Shown: one piece after another, positions 62,501-64,000 of the stretch
Numbering within the stretch: the first letter of the stretch is position 1
Layout of the letters: each line of letters begins with the position of its first letter
Assembly (NCBI GenBank): GCA_964036045.1
Contig: OZ038378.1
Location: forward strand, 167,524,001-167,588,000
Direction of reading: 5' to 3'
Length of the DNA: 64,000 nt
Origin: Eutreptiella sp. 'Long Island Sound 2002'
Lineage: Eukaryota; Protista; Euglenida
Made by a program: the position numbers and the translations under genes
The notes under the pieces: generated by a model
Database searches by the model: none
What the model was told of the DNA's origin: nothing
What the model saw: the letters and a program-made list of their open reading frames with translations, nothing else

Positions 62501-63281
62501 TTCCGCGTGCGCGAGGCCCAAGTGTCGTCCCACCCACACATACAACCGCCTATAAACCCTCCACCACAGCCAGACACTCTCACATCTGCAGGGGGACCTT
62601 CCTTCACGGGAGACAGAAATACTCTGGGAGTCCGATCTCAGCGGCCCCCAAAAAAAGGCCAAAACGGCAACCAACGGGCGGTGCTTGTCTTGTCTACAAC
62701 GGAATTTGGCTGATGGATCGACGGCGGTGTCTCCGCCCTCTTTTCAGTGCCCCGATTATGTCTGCGGACGTGCATTGACTGCGCACGTGTTCTTCGGGTC
62801 ACGGAGCCACGATCTGCGCGGAGGGACCAACCAAACACCACAAGATGTCTGAGCGCTGCTCCACGTGAAGCGGGGGGGCCGAGTGGCGTGTGTGATGTGA
62901 GTCTCAGTGGTCGCAGTGGCACTAGTGCTTGTCAGGACATTGGTGATCTTGGGTGCGTACCAGATGCGGCAGCTTCTGCAGGGCTTTGCTGTCGTACCCA
63001 ATGTTGATCTGTTGCCTGATTTTCAAAAGCTGCGTCACCGCGCGGGAACTCTCTTTGAACGGCACGGCCATGCGGCCCCGCTCCGCGTAGAACACCGCGT
63101 CTAGCAGGTGGATCGGCAGGCGCCAGCGCAGCGGCGCGAAGTCGAGATCGTGCCGCGGCCCAATGGGGAAGTTCAGCTCGGACTTGAGGGGATGGAGGAT
63201 GAGGTCCACCTCGTCCATGATCAGAATGCCTGAGTGCATCAGCTTGAGCATTGAGGCACAGTGCCCCACCTGCTGCCCAAC
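26998..63281 (-). CDS. Giant DUF3638/DUF3645-type P-loop ATPase-like protein with EF-hand and LamG-like C-terminus; 22 exons in window, 5'-partial
   Basis: Manual splice model: all 21 introns are GT-AG and phases are consistent. Exon lengths sum to 5775 nt (1925 codons including TAA at 26998-27000). Family-type motifs: [109 protein letters not shown]. Confidence 0.9.
27525..27650 (+). repeat. (CACAGACA)n microsatellite
   Basis: Direct reading. Confidence 0.95.
28896..29040 (-). CDS. Exon 21 (LamG-like strands)
   Basis: ccag|G TTT acceptor and CAG|gtgtgc donor; [25 protein letters not shown] resembles the LamG W-x-H-x-YVNG pattern. Confidence 0.82.
31098..31138 (+). repeat. (AAC)n microsatellite
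   Basis: Direct reading. Confidence 0.95.
32088..32545 (-). CDS. Exon 20 (acidic, Trp-rich)
   Basis: gaag|GTT acceptor and GG|gtatcc donor; ends in [39 protein letters not shown]. Confidence 0.82.
33131..33507 (-). CDS. Exon 19 (start of LamG/ConA-like module)
   Basis: ccag|GG TTT acceptor and AAA|gtgtgc donor; [27 protein letters not shown]. Confidence 0.82.
34132..34715 (+). repeat. Composite dispersed repeat; second copy at about 53374-53792
   Basis: Shared left arm ggggggcgactacaacYggtcctgatgcgac...cagctatctgYcaaaact and right arm ctatctttcaaaac(G)n ctggggggtgtYgcatacaaggacc; the cores differ. Confidence 0.75.
34343..34446 (+). repeat. Interstitial degenerate (TTAGGG)n tract
   Basis: gggttagggttagggttaaggttagggttagccctagggttagggttagggttaggg... 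Confidence 0.9.
35533..35623 (-). CDS. Exon 18
   Basis: ccag|GAC acceptor; donor placed at GTG T|gtccct to match the phase of exon 19 (exact donor less certain). Confidence 0.7.
35812..36078 (-). CDS. Exon 17
   Basis: cgtag|GAA acceptor and GAG|gtacct donor; [17 protein letters not shown]. Confidence 0.85.
37454..37641 (-). CDS. Exon 16 (E/D-rich linker)
   Basis: ttgcag|GG GAA acceptor and GAG|gtcccc donor; phase fits both neighbours. Confidence 0.8.
39616..39937 (-). CDS. Exon 15 (charged coiled-coil)
   Basis: gtag|GAG acceptor; donor G|gtggag, with an alternative same-phase donor 6 nt further; E/K-rich [27 protein letters not shown]. Confidence 0.8.
40658..40972 (-). CDS. Exon 14 (EF-hand pair)
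   Basis: gcag|GCG acceptor and GAG|gtgtgt donor; canonical EF loop [12 protein letters not shown] preceded by degenerate loop [12 protein letters not shown]. Confidence 0.9.
41350..41690 (+). repeat. Dispersed about 260-bp repeat; two tandem copies at about 62018-62525
   Basis: Shared gctgtttctttacggggccc...gctgcgtcgggtc...gagcccagtagttggcgtactggg...gtcgtccac..cctcgccgcgtttccg. Confidence 0.8.
42416..42655 (-). CDS. Exon 13
   Basis: tcag|GCA acceptor and CTG|gtgtgt donor; [11 protein letters not shown]...[10 protein letters not shown]. Confidence 0.87.
43240..43464 (-). CDS. Exon 12
   Basis: acag|GAG acceptor and CAG|gtttcc donor; [19 protein letters not shown]. Confidence 0.87.
43830..44900 (-). 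mobile_element. Possible degenerate non-LTR retrotransposon (endonuclease-RT linker) fragment
   Basis: Weak motifs in LINE order: [47 protein letters not shown]; many stops. Confidence 0.3.
45512..45815 (-). CDS. Exon 11
   Basis: acag|G TGG acceptor and CAG|gtcctt donor; [16 protein letters not shown]. Confidence 0.82.
46405..46786 (+). repeat. Compound pentamer microsatellite (GCACC/GCATG/CGCAA/CACAA)
   Basis: Direct reading; ends about 16 nt from the exon 10 donor. Confidence 0.95.
46803..47122 (-). CDS. Exon 10
   Basis: gcag|GGC acceptor and AA|gtatct donor; [19 protein letters not shown]...SDNYFDR. Confidence 0.87.
47538..47586 (+). repeat. (GA)n microsatellite
   Basis: Direct reading. 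Confidence 0.95.
48051..48133 (+). repeat. (CATC)n microsatellite
   Basis: Direct reading. Confidence 0.95.
49221..49420 (+). repeat. Compound (CACAA)n/(CGCAA)n microsatellite
   Basis: Direct reading; about 30 nt from the exon 9 donor. Confidence 0.95.
49450..49827 (-). CDS. Exon 9
   Basis: gcag|GTG acceptor and ACG|gtttgt donor; [13 protein letters not shown]...KNAF. Confidence 0.88.
49863..49955 (+). repeat. (GTACG)n/(GTGCG)n microsatellite
   Basis: Direct reading; about 35 nt from the exon 9 acceptor. Confidence 0.95.
50834..50980 (-). CDS. Exon 8
   Basis: gcag|GGT acceptor and GAG|gtgctc donor; [12 protein letters not shown]. Confidence 0.88.
52350..52725 (-). CDS. Exon 7 (second RecA-like lobe)
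   Basis: ttcag|G TAC acceptor and CAA|gtatcg donor; [11 protein letters not shown]...[11 protein letters not shown]...[13 protein letters not shown]. Confidence 0.9.
54672..54988 (-). CDS. Exon 6 (motif III-like GFSGT)
   Basis: gcag|GTG acceptor and AG|gtatgc donor; [30 protein letters not shown]. Confidence 0.9.
55966..56212 (-). CDS. Exon 5
   Basis: acag|G TAC acceptor and GAG|gtgtgg donor; completes LA-YRYEGLR. Confidence 0.88.
57000..58914 (+). mobile_element. gag-like retroelement relic in intron 4, antisense to the host gene
   Basis: Fragmented ORFs with gag-CA-like [18 protein letters not shown], decayed zinc-knuckle-like HLREEC and [10 protein letters not shown], and a G/K/Q-rich basic tail; no pol and no LTR pair found. 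Confidence 0.4.
59471..59727 (-). CDS. Exon 4 (DUF3645-like region)
   Basis: cgcag|ATG acceptor and GC|gtatgg donor; [10 protein letters not shown]...[14 protein letters not shown]. Confidence 0.88.
60177..60244 (-). CDS. Exon 3 (68-nt mini-exon)
   Basis: Pyrimidine tract then ttctag|AG and CAG|gtgtgc; [22 protein letters not shown] resolves the phase 1 to phase 0 gap between exons 2 and 4. Confidence 0.8.
61374..61518 (-). CDS. Exon 2
   Basis: atcag|GTG acceptor and CCAG|gtgtgg donor; [14 protein letters not shown]...HGFSDP continues PHL in frame. Confidence 0.85.
62961..63281 (-). CDS. Exon 1 in window (DUF3638 region, Walker-B-like DEVD)
   Basis: ctgcag|GTTGGG acceptor and CTG|gtacgc donor; encodes VGQQVGHC...[20 protein letters not shown]...QKLPHL. 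Confidence 0.9.
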
Positions 63282-64000
63282 CTGCAGTCAAGCACAGTAA
63301 AATGTGTACGCGTGTGCACGCGTGGGTGTGTCGGCCATGGGGTGCCAGGTGTGTGTGTGCTTATGTGTGTCCACTTACGTGTGTGTCTGTGTGTTAGTGA
63401 GCATGTCTATGAATGTGCATGTGTGTGTACGGATGTGTGCTGATGCTCATGTGTGTCTCTGTGTATGTGCATGTGCATGTCTATGTGTATGTGTGCATGT
63501 AAGTGTGCTTGTGTATGTGTGTGTGCGTGTGCGAGCGCACACCCACGCCAGTGGGCGTCCCTGTCAGACGTCATGTGATGCCTGTGGTGCAGATTGTGCA
63601 GTGTGAAGAAGGGGTGGCCCTTGGCAGCCGCTCTCTGTGTGTCTCTGGCGAACAGCGGGCGGGAAGAAGTGACGGATGCAACACAGTAAAATGGAGGCCA
63701 ACATCGGGCGGGGGGAGCCCATGGGTTACTATGAAAAACCTGTGGCTATGGTGGTTCGGGACAAGTGACTTTCCCGTGGCCTGTCTGAGGCAGATGACAG
63801 AAAGGCTCCACGAACCTCTTTTCACACCCAGCAGGCAGTCCAGTCGGACATCACATGATGCCTGTGGCACAAGTCGGTGAGAACAGGGGAATCTGATGAA
63901 CGAAGGGGGGGTTTGGGTTGGGCTGGGTTGGGACAGGGCCAGCTGTTTTATTAGCATAGTTCCGAACTATGCAGGAACAGTGTAAAGATTTTCAGGAACT

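Overview
Eukaryotic, GC-rich, repeat-dense genomic DNA with TTAGGG tracts, many G/C homopolymers and long GT-AG introns. A protist, possibly a euglenozoan, is my best guess (inference). Two host genes lie on the minus strand. (1) The 3' part of a giant DUF3638/DUF3645-type gene, which I spliced by hand into 22 in-phase GT-AG exons (63281 to 26998; 5775 nt, about 1924 aa; the 5' end is beyond the window). It shows an SF2/SecA-like ATPase motif series, an EF-hand pair, acidic tracts and a split LamG/ConA-like C-terminus. (2) The first coding exon of an IP3-receptor-like channel (22918-22376); I found no further exon in the window. Positions 1-22375 and the introns are filled with repeats and mobile-element relics: gag-like, pogo-like, KDZ-like and LINE-like fragments, a 1.7-kb TIR element with four 18-bp palindromes, and a 21-bp-period palindromic satellite. 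The most unusual part is a co-oriented group of small zinc/chromatin-module ORFs at about 17.9-21.4 kb. It includes an ORF with two copies of a Cys/His motif I do not recognise, conserved at protein level, and an intact SH3/Tudor-like plus B-box ORF. Most ORFs in the supplied track are artefacts of microsatellites and GC-rich repeats. All family assignments are from motif recognition, not database searches.
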